64,000 nt of DNA from Okamejei kenojei. Lineage: Eukaryota. Of the stretch, positions 1-13,316 are shown in pieces. Each line of letters begins with the position of its first letter. The stretch's first letter is position 1. Below the pieces are notes generated by a model. That model did no database searches and was not told where the DNA came from. It worked only from the letters and a program-made list of their open reading frames with translations. Location: the NCBI GenBank assembly GCA_035221665.1, contig CM069151.1, positions 39,618,001-39,682,000 on the forward strand, in the 5' to 3' direction. A program made the position numbers and the translations under genes.

Positions 1-19
1 ACGTGACTCCGAAGTAAAA
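1..19 (-). mobile_element. 5' terminus of a DIRS1-type element extending beyond the window
   Basis: acgtgactccgaagtaaaa is identical to the termini at ~49404-49422 and ~54809-54827. Confidence 0.75.
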
Positions 20-123
20 CCTGTATTAACCATCTGTTGTTGAATAAGATTGACATTAACAAAAAGTATGTTATGATTAATGAAATAATTGGTACCCATG
101 TAGCAGATAGTGAATTTTCTTAT

Positions 124-1060
124 AGTAGAATAGAATAGAATGCTATTTATTGTCATTCAAACTGTTTGGTTTGAACGAAATTGCATTTTCTACAGTTTTT
201 CTACATTACAAAAAACCTAGACCCACACTTAACAGTTTACACAAACATCCATCATAGTGAGTCTCCACACCTCCTCACTGTGATGGAAGGCAAAGTCTTA
301 TCTCTTCCCTTTGTTCTTCACCCACGATCCAGCAGTCCAACTGCAGCGTCTAGGCGAACTCGGGCTCCAATGTTAAAGCCCCCGGCGGACGATGGCAAGT
401 CCTGTGGACATTAAGCCACGCCGGGCGATGTTACGCCCCAGCTCCTTGTCCTTTAAACCCCGCGGTTCATGCAGTCCAACCCGCGGTCCAGCAGTCCGAC
501 TGCAGCGTCTAGGCGAACTGGGGCTCTGATAATAGAGCCCCAGGCGGACGATGGTAAGTCCCGTGGCCGCTAACCCGCGCTGGGCGATGTTAGGCCCCGC
601 TCCGTGTCCTCAAAACCCCGCGATTCTAGCGGGAGAAGTTGCCGTTGCAGGAGCTCCGAAAAGCCGTCTCCCACCAGGGACCTGAAGCTCCCGATATTCC
701 TGTCCACCGGGCCTGCAGCCGGAGCTTCCAAAGCTCCAATGTCGGGTCGCAGCCGAGCGCCACCACAGCTCTCCCCGCTCCGAAGACGGCCAGCTCCGTG
801 ATGTCAGGTCCGCAGGCTCCACGACTGGAGCCCTCAGGTTGGTTCCGGTTGGAGGCCGCCGCTGGCTCCACGATGTTAGGCCCATCGACACCGTAGACCC
901 AACAGGTAAGAGACTACCGGTTTCCACCACCCCCCACATGTACACAGCTAAAAAATAATAAAAACTAAGCTCAAGACATACATTTAACAAGACAAAAATT
1001 AAAAAAAAGATGGACGACTGTAGACGAACCGCTGCCGTTAGGCGCCGCCACACCTCACCA
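124..1060 (-). mobile_element. GC-rich non-autonomous retroelement with (ATTCT)n tail and an internal ~160-bp tandem duplication
   Basis: (agaat)n tail followed by tttattgtcatt, a LINE-like 3' end on the minus strand. Units ~325-468 and ~484-627 are diverged copies. Family not identified. Confidence 0.5.
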
Positions 1061-1269
1061 AAAAACTTTTGTTTTTTGTTAGTTGTATCTAACAAAAAAC
1101 AAAATTTGTTTACTGCACAGTATAACTTTCGGCTAATTCTGCTGTGAAGTCAGAGAACTGTTGAGCAGTTAACTGCCGCCATCTCTCCATGATGAGCAAT
1201 AAAGTCTCTTGACCTGCGAAGTCTCCGCTTTTCAGTTTCCTTTCATTTTCCTCTAAATTAATGTCTTCC

Positions 1270-1913
1270 TTGAAATATTTAGGATAATTTCGAATGTTGT
1301 TAATATAACTTTGACACCCGATTCAAAGCTAATAATACTAGGAATATTGGAAACAGAACAAATAGTAACAACAAACCAGAGAATTTTTATTTATTATGGG
1401 TTAATAATTGGGAAAAAATTAATATTAAAATTTTGGAAAGGCCCTACATCCCCTACAATCAAAATGTGGAATACGGAAATGTCGGAGACTCTTCATCTGG
1501 AGAGATTGAGGCTTGTCTTAATGGACAGGTTAGATCTCTTCAGAGGGATATGGTCTCCATATATTGAATATTTACAGAGTCATAATGGCTCGGTACGAGG
1601 GCTTGACTGAGGCCTGAATATTAGAATGGATGAAGAAAGAAATATAATAAATCATGCCTATATCTCCAATGACGGAATAATGATTAATACTCCATTCGTT
1701 TTCATATTTTTCTCATTATTTATCTCTATCTTTTCTTACTTTATAAAAAATAATTTAAAAAGCGTATAGAAGCATATAGTCCTAAATCTCAATATTAGTA
1801 ATAATATTAATATTATTATTATGAAAGTATTTAATGATGTATTTTCGTTTATGTAAAAGATTGTAATTTTCATATATATGTTTCTATAATAAAAAATATT
1901 AAACAAAAAAAAA
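1270..1913 (+). mobile_element. L1 3' fragment, same family as 8625-11115
   Basis: ORF 1311-1610 is nearly identical to 10465-10764. Poly(A) tail and 15-bp TSD aaattaatgtcttcc at 1255-69 and 1914-28. Confidence 0.92.
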
Positions 1914-2429
1914 AAATTAATGTCTTCCACAATCACCAATTAAGTAGATAGCAGTTCAGGACAGCTCTCAAGTTGCAGTAAGATGGTTCAGTTGCCTGAT
2001 TAACAGCTGGGAAGAAACTGTCCCTGAATCTGGAGGTGTGCGTTGTCACTCGTCTGTACAGTTTGCCCGATTTGAGAGGGTGAAAGAGGGAGAAAAGAGA
2101 ACTGAAAAGAAAATTTAACCTAATGCTCTGTATATGTTGAATTGAAGTTCAAATAATTTTTTTGTGAGCTTTTAAAAATCTATTACACTACATCCACATC
2201 ATTCACTTTCACTGTAAACATTTACAGCTCAGTATACATTATGTGATATTATGTAAATGAACTGGAAATTATGGAGGGTTTAATAGCGTCTTCTCATTCC
2301 TTTCAACGGATTTATTAATTAAAATTGATTATGTTGCAAGATATCATTAAATAGCATTAAAAAATTAACAAACCATATATCATTTTTCATTAGATCAAAA
2401 AGGTGAGGTCCTACCGTACAATACTATAC

Positions 2430-2526
2430 CTGAAGTGAGCAGTCTTCTAATAGATGGTTTTATTCTGTAGGAATTACTACAGTAGCTGCCTCTTAAGCAT
2501 TGCAGTATCCAAAAATATTTCATTAC
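2430..2526 (-). CDS. Candidate exon of the minus-strand gene (VMKYFWILQCLRGSYCSNSYRIKPSIRRLLTS)
   Basis: Acceptor ttctttcctttactag|, donor CAG|gtatag, open frame with ATG at 2523-2521. Peptide is R/S/L-rich with no acidic residues, resembling a transit peptide. Lies in unique sequence; gene identity unknown. Confidence 0.4.
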
Positions 2527-3779
2527 CTAGTAAAGGAAAGAATAATGTGAAAATGAAAATAGACTAAATGACTTAAACAATGCCACTCAGGTACCTAATA
2601 AGTATTTCCCACCCCACCTTAAACCCATGTCCTCTGGTTCATGATTCCCCTACTCTGGATAAAAGACACTGTGCATTCACCCTATCTAGTCTTCTCATGA
2701 TTTTATACACCTCTATAAGATCACCTCTCAGCCTCCTACACTCCAAGGAATAAAGTCCTAGCCTGCCCAACTTCTTCCTATAGCTCAGTCCTGGCAACAT
2801 CCTTGTAAATCTTCTCTGCACTCTTTCCAGCGTCACGACATCCTGTCTATAGCAGGGTGACCAAAACTGAACACAATACTCTAAATGCAGCCTAATCAAT
2901 GTAACTGTAACATAATAACCCAATGTCTATACTTAATACCCTGACGGATGAAAGCCAAAAATCTTCGTGACCACTCCATCTACATGTGACACCATTTTTT
3001 GGGAACTAAATACCTGCATTCCTAGATCCCACTGCTCTACAACACTCTTCGGAGACTGGCCATTCAGAGTGAAACTCCTGCCCAGAATTGACTTGCCAAA
3101 ATGCAACACATTGCATTTATCCGTAATAAACTCCATAAACCATTCCTCAGCCAACTTACCCAGATGATCGTGATCCTGCCATGATTTTTTAACAACCATC
3201 TTCACTATCCACAATACCACCCACTTTAATGACATCTACAAATCTACAAACTTGTTTAAGAAAGAACTGCAGATGCTGGAAAAGGTTGACAAAAATGCTG
3301 GAGAAACTCAGCGGGTGAGGCAGCATCCATGGAGCGAAGGAATGTGACATTTCGGGTCGAGACTTTTCTTCAGACTGATGTGGGGGTGGGGGCGCGCGGG
3401 AAGAAAAAAAGGAAGAGGCGGAGACAGTGGCTGTGGGAGAGCTGGGAAGGGAAGAGGAAGGAGGGAGAAAGCAAGGACTACCTGAAATTGGAGGTCAATG
3501 TTCATACTGCTGGGGTGTAAACTTGTTAATCATACCTTCTGCATTACATCCAAATCATTGATTTCAATCACAACAGCAATGGATCCGATACCGATCCCTG
3601 AAACATACCCACAGCCACAGGCCTCCAGGCCGGAAAAAACAACCATAATTTTCTGCTTCCTTCCATGAAACCAATTCTCTATCCAGTCGGCTAGTTTGCC
3701 CTGGCTCATTTACAATCTAACCTTCCAGAGCACCCTACCCTGCGAACCTTATCGAATGCCTTGCTCAAGTCCGTATAGG

Positions 3780-6348
3780 CACGGCTGCCAACTCTCACGC
3801 TTTGAGCATGAGAATCACGCTTTGAGTGTGAGAATCACGCATTTCAATCAATTCTCACACCCTCACGCTAATAACAGAATTCTCACGCTGACTTCAGTCC
3901 TTGCACAGCAAAGATCCTATAGCGGAGCACAGTTTGTCTCTTTGCACCACATGACGGTCTGTGCGGTCCCTCACTCTCCCTCCTCCCCCTCCCTCCCCCC
4001 CTCCCTCCCGACGGTCTGTGCGGTCCCCCACTCTCCCTCCTCCCCCTCCCCCCCCCTTCCTCTTTCCTCCCACTCCCTCTTTCCTTCCCCTCCCTCTTCC
4101 CCCCTTCATCCCCTTTCTACCTTCCCTCCCCTCTCTCTTAGCTTCCATCCCTCCCCTTTTTTCTTTCTGTTTCTCTCTCTCTTTCTTTCTCCCCTCCCTC
4201 TCTCTCCCGGACGCCAAATGGCGGGCACGGTGTAGCGTGGATTGGCGCCGCTGGCGCTGCCGTGTGAGTTGAAGGGCAGGAGGGAGGGAGGGAGCGAGGC
4301 TGCAGCGGCGGCTGGCAGCGCAGTGCTCACAGCCGGCGCACAGAGGCGCTGACACACGCTGCCCGGGACCAACGTGCTTCCCCAGACCACACAGACCGGC
4401 ATGTTGCGCAAAGAGACAAACTGTGCAGCTATAGGACCTTTGCTGTGCAAGGACTGAAGTCAGCGTGAGAATTCTGTTATCAGCGTGAGGGCGTGTGAAT
4501 TGGTTGAAATGCGTGATTCTCACGCTCAAAGCGTGATTCTCATGCTCAAAGCGTGAGAGTTGGCAGCCCTGCCTATACGACTTGAGCAAGGCATTCGTTA
4601 AGGTTCGCAGAGTAGGGTGCTACCTGCCCTTCAACTCACACGGCAGTGCCAGCGCCGCCAATCCACGCTACACCGTGCCCACCATTGGGCGTCCGGGAGA
4701 GAGAGGGAGGGGAGAAAGAGAGAAAGGGAAAGAAAAAAGGGGAGGGATGGAGGCTAAGAGAGACAGGGGAGGGAAGGTAGAAAGGGGATGAAGGGGGGGA
4801 AGAGGGAGGGTGAAGGAAAGAGAGGGAGGGGGAGGAAAGAGGGAGTGGGAGGAAAGGAAGGGAGGGCGGGGGAAGAGGAAGGGAGGGGGAGGAGGGGGAG
4901 GAGGGAGAGAGGGGAAAGGAAAGGTGTGTGTGTGTCTGTGTCTGTCTCCCTGTGTGTGTCTCCTTGTGTGTGTGTACTTGTCTGAGTGTGTCTCCCTGTA
5001 TGTGTGTGTGCATGTCTGTGTGTGTCTCCCTGTGTGTGTGCGCGTGTCTCTGCGTGTGTCTCCCTGTGTCGCCGCTTCACTGACACTGATACTGACACAC
5101 CCTCATACACACACTGGCACACAAGGTTTAAAGGGATATGGGCCAAATGCGGATAAATGGGACTAGTTTAGATGGGGCATCTTGATCTGCATGAACAAGT
5201 TGCGATGAAGGGCCTGTTTCAATGTTGTAAGACTATGACACATTGTAGAAAGGGTGCAATTGCTCTGGAGAGGATCCAGGGGAGATTTATGGAGATGTTG
5301 GCAGGACTGGAATTTTTTTTTCATTTTGAAGAAAGATTTGATAACTGGGATTGTATTCTCTGCAACAACAGAGGTGAAGAAAAAACTTAGTTGAGGTGAA
5401 TAATATTATGAGAATAGGACCTGTTTTGCTTAACAAATAGCGTAGTAAGGAATTGCAGATTCTGGTTTAAACTGAAGATAGACACTAAAAACTAGAAAAA
5501 CTCAGCAGGACAGGCAGCATCCCTGGAGAGAAAGAATGGGTGATGTTTCGGGTCGAGAACTTCAGACTGAAGAGGTTGAAAACCAGCCATAAAACACAAT
5601 GAGATGTGTGTTATCCATCTAAGGGCAGAAATCAGAATCATGCGTTCATCTTTATTGACGTGACACCATAATAAATAGATTACAGAAAAAATGTTTTAAT
5701 GGGGTGGCACGGTGGCGCACCGGTAGAGTTGCTGCCTTACTACCACATGGGTTTTCTCTGGATATTCCGGTTTCTCCCATATACAAAAGAAGTTCAGGTT
5801 TGTAGGTTAATTGGCTTCTGTAAATTGTCCCTGGTGTGATGGATAGAACTGGTGTATGATAGATTGCTGGTCGGTGTGGACTTGGTGGGCTGAAGGGCCT
5901 GTTTCCATATATATTTTTTACATATATATCTTAATTTCATTGAACCATATATGATTGAATATGTGGCATTATTTTGTCTTGTTTCTATAGTCAAAGGGTA
6001 AGGTTGATTGATTTATTTGTGCAGAACAGTGATGGAAGTTTTGCTTGTGTTTTTCTCTATATATATGCATAACAGCATGAATTATAATTTGATTTCCATA
6101 CATGAATATAGTCATTCGTGTGCTGCACCTGCTGATCAGAGCCTGGCTCTATTGTGGAATTTAATTAGGAATGTAATTTAGCCTAACCTTATTTATACCT
6201 AATCCAATTTAAAGCATAAATGTGCATTCAAGTGTAAATTAAAAGGCCCGCTACAGTATGCACCAGATTGCACAATTTCAAGCTGAAAAATGCAAAGGCT
6301 CCCTCCCCCCGCTACGCTCCCTCGCAATTTCTCACGTTGGCAGCTCTG
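3780..6348 (+). mobile_element. Non-autonomous hAT-like DNA transposon with internal inverted duplication
   Basis: TIRs ca(c/g)ggctgccaac (3780) and gttggcagctctg (6348). Flanks gtatagg / atatagg form a TSD-like repeat. Subterminal tcacgc repeats. The CR1 host resumes after 6348. Confidence 0.65.
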
Positions 6349-6770
6349 ATATAGGCAACACCCCTACAGCTTTGCCTTTGACAACCTTTTTTGTTACTTC
6401 TTCGAAAAACGCAACTAGGTTCGTAAGACACCATCACCAACATACTAAACCATACTGACTATGGTCACCTATGTGACCACCTATGGTCACCTATGTTTAT
6501 CCAAATGCATATATATCTTATTCCTCAGAATCCTCTCGAGTAACTTGCCTACCACAGATGTAAGACTCACTGATCTATAGTTCCTGGATTTTCATTGCAG
6601 CCCTTCTTAAATAGACACACAATGTTAGCTACCCTCCAATCTTCCGGCAGCTCATCCACATCAAATAATGATTCATATATCTCACCCAGGGCACCTGCAA
6701 TTTCTTCTCTAGTCTCCCACCATGTCCACTGATGTACCGGATCAGGTTCAGGAGATTTATCTACCCTCAT

Positions 6771-7817
6771 CATCATCATCATCAGCATCATCATCGGCGG
6801 TCACTCGAAATGAGTACGACTGTCCTCTCCTCTCCATAGGGTCGTCTACTTGTGGATCTGCAGATGTCTGTAGAGGCCGATCCCCGATCCACACACCTTG
6901 GTGCAACGTTGGTAGTGGAGACTGGCGGTGGTTGGTAGTCGTTGAGCCCCCTTCACTCTCTCCTTACGGTGCTGTCGCTTAGTCTCTGTGACATGGCGTA
7001 GTTCCGTTTCATGACGAGTTGTCTACAACATTCCAGAGCAAGGAGTGTTCAGTGCAATGTGCTCCCAGTTGCTTGATGTGATGTGAAATTTCTTCAGACT
7101 GTTCTTGATGTTGTCCTTGAAGCGTTTCTTTGGCCCGCCGGAGGCTCGCTGACCTTCCTTCAATTGAGAGTACAGGATCTGTTTAGGGAGACATGTGTTG
7201 GACATGCAGATGACATGGCCAGTCCATCGAAGTTGGTGCTGCATTATTGTGGTGGTGATGCTGGCCATGTTAACTTCCTCCAAAACGCTGATGTTGGTGC
7301 GTTTGTCCTCCAAGCTGATCCTCAGAATCTTTCGAAAGGATCTTTGATGGTATTGTTCCAGGGCTCAGGTGCCTGCTTTTGGTGGTCCATGACTCGGCTC
7401 CATACAACAGGGTGGGGAGGCAACTGCTCTGTAGACCAGCAGTTTTGTTTGAGCCTTTAGGTCAAAGACTCTTTTCCTGAGTCTGGCGTAGTCTCCACTG
7501 GCACAACTCAGGCGATGGTTGACCTCAGAGTCGATGTCAGCTTTTGAGGAAAGAATGCTGCAAATGTAGGGGAAGTGGTCAACGTTTTCAAGAGTGGTGT
7601 TGTCCACTTTTATAGTGGGTTGGGTAGATGGCTGGTTGGGTGGAGGTTGATAAAGGATCCTGTGGCAGCTCTTCACCAATGAAGAAGTATGGCAGCAATG
7701 AAGACAACAAACAGGGTGGGTGCGATGATGCATCCCTGTTTGACCCCCGTTTCTACAGTGAAGGGCTCGGACTCAACTGCGGCACAAGCAGTTGGTGAGC
7801 ACTGTGACTGACATGCC
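6771..7817 (-). mobile_element. RTE-clade LINE 3' fragment
   Basis: QLRWTGHV, LPKQILYSQL and GGPKKRFKD motifs, (GAT)n tail, 12-bp TSD atctaccctcat at 6759-70 and 7818-29. Confidence 0.9.
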
Positions 7818-8624
7818 ATCTACCCTCATATGTCTCAAGACATCCAGCACGTCCTCAACCATAATACAGATAGTCCTCAAGACATCTCCATTAACTGTGC
7901 TAGGTTCCCCAATCATGTCTTTCTCCACAGTAATGAGAAATACTCATTGACGACCTGACCCAACTCCTGCAGCTCCACATTGAGATGACCACTTTGATTT
8001 CCGAGGGGCCCTATTCTCTCAAGTTACCCTCTTTCCCTGAACGTACTGACAAAGTCTCTAGGGTTTTCATAAGATAAGAGTTCATAAGACATAGGAACAG
8101 AATTAGGCCAATTGGCCATCTTGTCTACTCAGGCATTCAATTAGGGCTGATCTATCTTTCCCTCTCAACCCCATTCTCCTGGCTTCCCCCCCCATAACCT
8201 TTGACACCCTTACTAGTCAAGAACCTGTCAATCTCTGCTTTAAAAATACCCAAAGCCGGCCTCCACTGTCATCTCTAGCAATAGATTCCATAGATTCATC
8301 ACAAATGTTCCTCACTATCTGCTCGAGCCATTCTCTACCCCTTTTTTGCCCTCTGATTCTTTCTTACGTATGCTCCTCGGTTCCCGAAAATCTTCCAAGG
8401 ACACACGTGTGCCCCACTGCCTATACCTGTCCCAGGCTTTCTTGTTTTTCCTGACCAGAGCCTCAATTTCTCTTGACATCCAAGCTTGCTTATTCCTGCC
8501 TGCCTTGCCCTTTACCGTAACCAGAACATGCTTGCTCTGAACTCGTCATCACACTTTTAAAAACATCCCACTTTTGCCTTCAAACAAGTTTAACAAGCTC
8601 CTGTCTGATACCATGAAAGTAGGC

Positions 8625-11115
8625 TAAGTACAGTTGTTAATGAATTAATTCACCCCGATCAAACAGGATTTATACCAAAACGATATTCCTCATATAATCT
8701 AAGACGGTTATTCAATATTATATATTCGAAAAGAAGTATTAAAAAAGATCTAGTAGTCATTTCGCTAGATGCAGAGAAATCCTTCGATCAAGTGGAATGG
8801 CCTTATTTATTTTCGGTTATGGAAGCTTTCAAATTGGGAGAGAAGTTTATTACTTGGATCAAATTGTTATATACAAATCCGACAGCTAGAATAACAACAA
8901 ACCGAATGTTATCAACTAAATTCAATTTAATCTCGAGGTTGTAGACAAGGTTGCCCTTTATCCCCCCTATTGTTTGCACTTGCAATAGAACCCCTAGCCC
9001 AGAGGGTGAGATTACATCCGGAAATATATGGATATGATACTAGAGACACTAAAAGTAAAATCTCCTTATATGCGGATGATGTATTACTTTACATCACAAA
9101 ACCAGAAACTAGTATCCGAAATTTGTTAAAATTAATAACTGAATTTGGATCCCTCTCAGGATATAGTATCAATTGGAATAAAAGTGAACTTATGCCAATA
9201 ACGGTGAATAATTTACACATATTGCAACAATTCCCTTTTAAGATAACAAATGAAAAAATTAAATATCTTGGAATTTTCGTAACAAAAAGATTTGATTCTT
9301 TATTTAAATCTAACTTCCCACCATTATTGAATAAATTAAATAAGAATATTTTATATTGGAAAACCTTACCTATTTCAATGTTAGGTCAAATTAATACAAT
9401 AAAAATGATCTTTCTTCCACAATTATTATATCTTTTCCAATTAATTCCGATATATCTCCCTAAAAATGTATTTAAAAAGGTAGACTCCCTAATCACTATC
9501 TTCATTTGGGATTATAAGAGTCATAGAATAAATAAAAAACATTTATGTAAATCCAAAATAAATGGAGGTTTAGCATTACCAAATTTTATGTTTTATTACT
9601 GGGCAGTCAACATTAAAAATATGAATTTTTGGTTAGAAGAAACAGATAACCAACCAACTTGGTTAAATATGGAAAAAGAAGATTGTTCTCCCTTTGAAAT
9701 TAGTTCTATAATATTCGCTAATATTAATTTAGCTAAGAAAATTTATAGTGAAAACCCGATAATAGAAAATGGAATACGTATTTGGAAACAAATAAAGAAA
9801 ACATTAAAACTAAAATCTATACCACTATCTCTTACCATTGTAAATAATGTTACGTTTAAACCTTCAATGATGGATAAAGCTTTTTTACAATGGAAAAATA
9901 AGGGAATTACTAAGATGGGTGATCTCTATAAGGAAAACTCTTTCCTTTCATTTCAAGTTACAACAAATTTATGGACTACACACTAAAGATTATTTTAGAT
10001 ATTTACAAATCAGAGACTATGTTAAAGCAAATACACAGGAACTTAGAAATAGAAAGATAGACATTTTAGATGAATGCTTAAATAAACATCCGAATACAGA
10101 AAAAATGATTTCATATATATACAACATCCTATTGGAAAGTGATGTTCCATCAACAGAAATATATAGACAGTCTTGGGAAAATGAACTAGGCCAAATTATA
10201 AGACCAGAAGTATGGGAAGAAAGTTTACAACACACACATCATTGTTCGTTAAATGCTAAACACTCTCTTATACAGTTTAAAATACTACATTGACTACATT
10301 ATTCAAAATCTAAATTACGTAAAATCTTTCCAAAAGTATCCCCCATATGTGATAAATGTCAACATTTAGAAGCTAATTTGTCGCATTAATTTACAAACTG
10401 TATAAAAATTACAAAATTCTGGATAGAAATATTTAGGATAATTTCGAATGTTGTCAATATCATTTTGACTCCTGATTCAAAGTTAATAATACTAGGAATA
10501 CTGGAAACAGACCAATTAATAACAACGAATCAAAGAATCTTTATTGATTATGGTTTAATAATTGGGAAAAATTTAATATTAAAATTTTGGAAAGGCCCTA
10601 CATCCCCAACAATCAAAATGTGGAACACAGAAATGTTGGAGACACTTCATCTGGAGAGATTGAGGCTTGTCCTAATGGACAGGTTAGATCTCTTCAGAGA
10701 GATATGGTCTCCATATATTGAATATTTACTGGGTCATAATGGCTCGGTACGAGGGCTTGACTGAGGCCTGAATATTAGAGTGGATGAAGAAATATATATA
10801 ATAAATCATGCCTATATCTCCAATGACGGATTAATGATTAACACTCCATTCGCTTTCATATTTTTTATACTTTCTCTCACTATCTTTTCTTACTTTAAAA
10901 AAAAAATTAGAAAAGTGTATAGAAACATATAGTCTTAAATTTTAATATTAATAATAATATTTATATTATTAATATCATGAAAGTATTATTAATATCATGT
11001 ATTTTCAATTATGTAAAATAATGTTTTTTTTATTAATATGTTTCTATAATAAAAATACTTAACAAAAAAAAAAAAACAAAAAAAAACAAAAACAAAAAAA
11101 AAAAAAAAAAAAAAA
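8625..11115 (+). mobile_element. L1-clade LINE, 5'-truncated ORF2 + 3'UTR + poly(A)
   Basis: RT motifs DQTGF, SLDAEKSFD, GCPLSPLLF, LYADD and GGLALP; C-terminal Cys motif; long poly(A); TSD gaaagt(a/t)ggc at 8615-24 and 11116-25. Confidence 0.92.
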
Positions 11116-11148
11116 GAAAGTTGGCCTTTCCCCAATTCAGAATTTCAA

Positions 11149-13288
11149 TAAACAATAGGTGCAGGAGTAGGTCATTCGACCCAGCACCGCCATTCAATGT
11201 GATCATGGCTGATCATTCCCAATCAGTACCCCGTTCCTGCCTTGTCCCCATATCCCCTGACTCTGCTATTTTTAAGAGCCAGATGTAGCTCTCTCTTGAA
11301 AGCATCCAGAGAACCTGCCTCCACCACCCTCTGAGGCAGGGAATTCTACACTCACCACTCTCTGTGAGAAAAAGTGTTTCCTCATCTCCGTTCTAAATGG
11401 CTTACTCCTTATTCTTAAACTGTGGCCCCTGGTTCTGGACTCCCCCAACATAGGGAACATGTTTCCTGCCTCTAGCGTGTCCAAACCCTTAACAATCTTA
11501 TATGTTTCAATGAGATCCCCCCTCATCCTGCTAAACTCCAGAGTGTACAAGCCCAGCTGCTCCATTCTCTCAACATATGACAGTCCCGCCATCCCGGGAA
11601 TTAACCTTGTACACTTATGCTGCACTCTCTCAATAGCAAGAATGTCCTTCCTCAAATTAGGGGACCAAAACTGCACACAACACCTCAAGAGCCGACACAT
11701 TTGTTGAAATTCCCCTTTAGAATTGCAACAGAAAAATTTAAGTATTTGGGCATCCAAATCACTAGGAAATATAAATCATTACTCATCGCAAACTATATGC
11801 CTTTATTAACTAAATTAAATGGGTTGATTCAATTTTGGAAAACACTGCCAATGTCCTTAATAGGCAGAATAAACTCGATAAAAATGATCTTCTTACCACA
11901 AATATTGTACCTATTTTACCAATATACTTATCTAAAAAATTCTTTAAAAAACTAGACTCTGATATTATAAACTTCATATGGGGTTATAAATCACACAGAA
12001 TTTAAAAAAAAACACTTGTGTAAATCTAAAGAATCAGGGGGACTGACACTTCCTAACTTATTGTATTACTATTGGGCAGTGAATATTAAAAATATAATCT
12101 ATTGGTTGGACAGTTCTGCCCAACAGGTAGATTGGATAAGAATGGAGAAAGAGGATTGTTCCCCTTATAATATAGGAGCGATCCTTCTTTCCCCGATGAA
12201 ACTGAACAATATTATAAGAAGAATCCAATTATTCACAGTATAAATAACGAATTTTGGAAACAAATAAAATTAACTTTAAAATTAAGAAAATGATTGCTTC
12301 TTGCTCCAATAGCTAATAATCCCTCATTCAAACCATCCATTATTGATAAAAACGTTTATCCACTGGGAAAGAATAGGAATTAAAAACGATGGGAGATATG
12401 TATGCAATGGGAAAACTTTTATCATTCCAACAATTACAACTAAAATATAATTTGAAAAGTAATCAATATTTCAAATATCTTCAAATTCAAGACTATTTGA
12501 AAAAATTTATACAAGGATATCAAACTTTAACTCCAGATATATTGGAGGAAGGAATGAATAGAAAGGCAGAATCAAGCAATTTAATATCTTACTTATATAA
12601 TACAATTCTAAATATAGAAACACCAACGAGGCAATTAGAAGGGACTGGGAACAAGAGTTATTGATAAAAATTCCGAATGATAGATGGGAAAATGTTTTAT
12701 TATATGTAAATACATGTTCAATTAATGTAAGACATAACCTAATTCAATTTAAAATTTTACATAGACTATATTATTTGAAAACTAGACTGAATAAAATATT
12801 TTCAAATGTTTCCCCCATCTGCGACAAATGTTTAACTCAAAATGCCACTATAGCACATTCCTTTGTCTCTTGTATAAAACTGTATAAATTTTGGAAGGAA
12901 ATTTTTGGAATTTTTACAAAACTATTTAACACAAAATATACAGTTTCTACTCGCTTGGCTATCTGTTTCTACTCGCTTGTCTATCTATTCCAACACTTTA
13001 TTTCTTTTTTCTCTCACTGTTCTTTTATTATTAAATCAAAAGTACGAAGTTGTACAAGAATGGAAATATGTATGTATGTATTAGGTACTTAAGTACCACA
13101 CTACTGTACTTACTTCTAACAAAAATAAACAACAACAAAAAAAAACTCCAGGTGTGGCCTCACTAGGGCTCTGTACAACTGCAGAAGGACCTCTTTGCTC
13201 CTATATTCGATTCCTCTTGTTATAAAGGCCAACATGCCATTCGCTTTCTTCACTGCCTGCTGTACCTGCATGCTTACTTTCATAGATC
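11149..13288 (-). mobile_element. Young CR1 3' fragment (split by L1)
   Basis: CVQFWSP, RMRGDLIETYKI and RTRGHSLRI motifs plus CR1 3'UTR. Flanking direct repeat gaatttcaa at ~11140-48 and ~13289-97. Confidence 0.85.
11684..13145 (+). mobile_element. L1 fragment of a second family, nested in a CR1
   Basis: FKYLGIQIT, GRINSIKM, GGLTLP and SPICDKC motifs with an A-rich tail. It interrupts the CR1 sequence ctgcacacaa|...|actccaggtgtgg. Confidence 0.85.
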
Positions 13289-13316
13289 GAATTTCAAATT
13301 GTGGCCTTATTCATAG

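Noticed and set aside
3696-5166. Overlapping 100-230 aa ORFs
   Set aside because: Products of low-complexity purine/pyrimidine tracts, (TG)n repeats and inverted repeats.
5701-5910. tRNA gene
   Set aside because: tRNA-like head of a SINE with no full cloverleaf.
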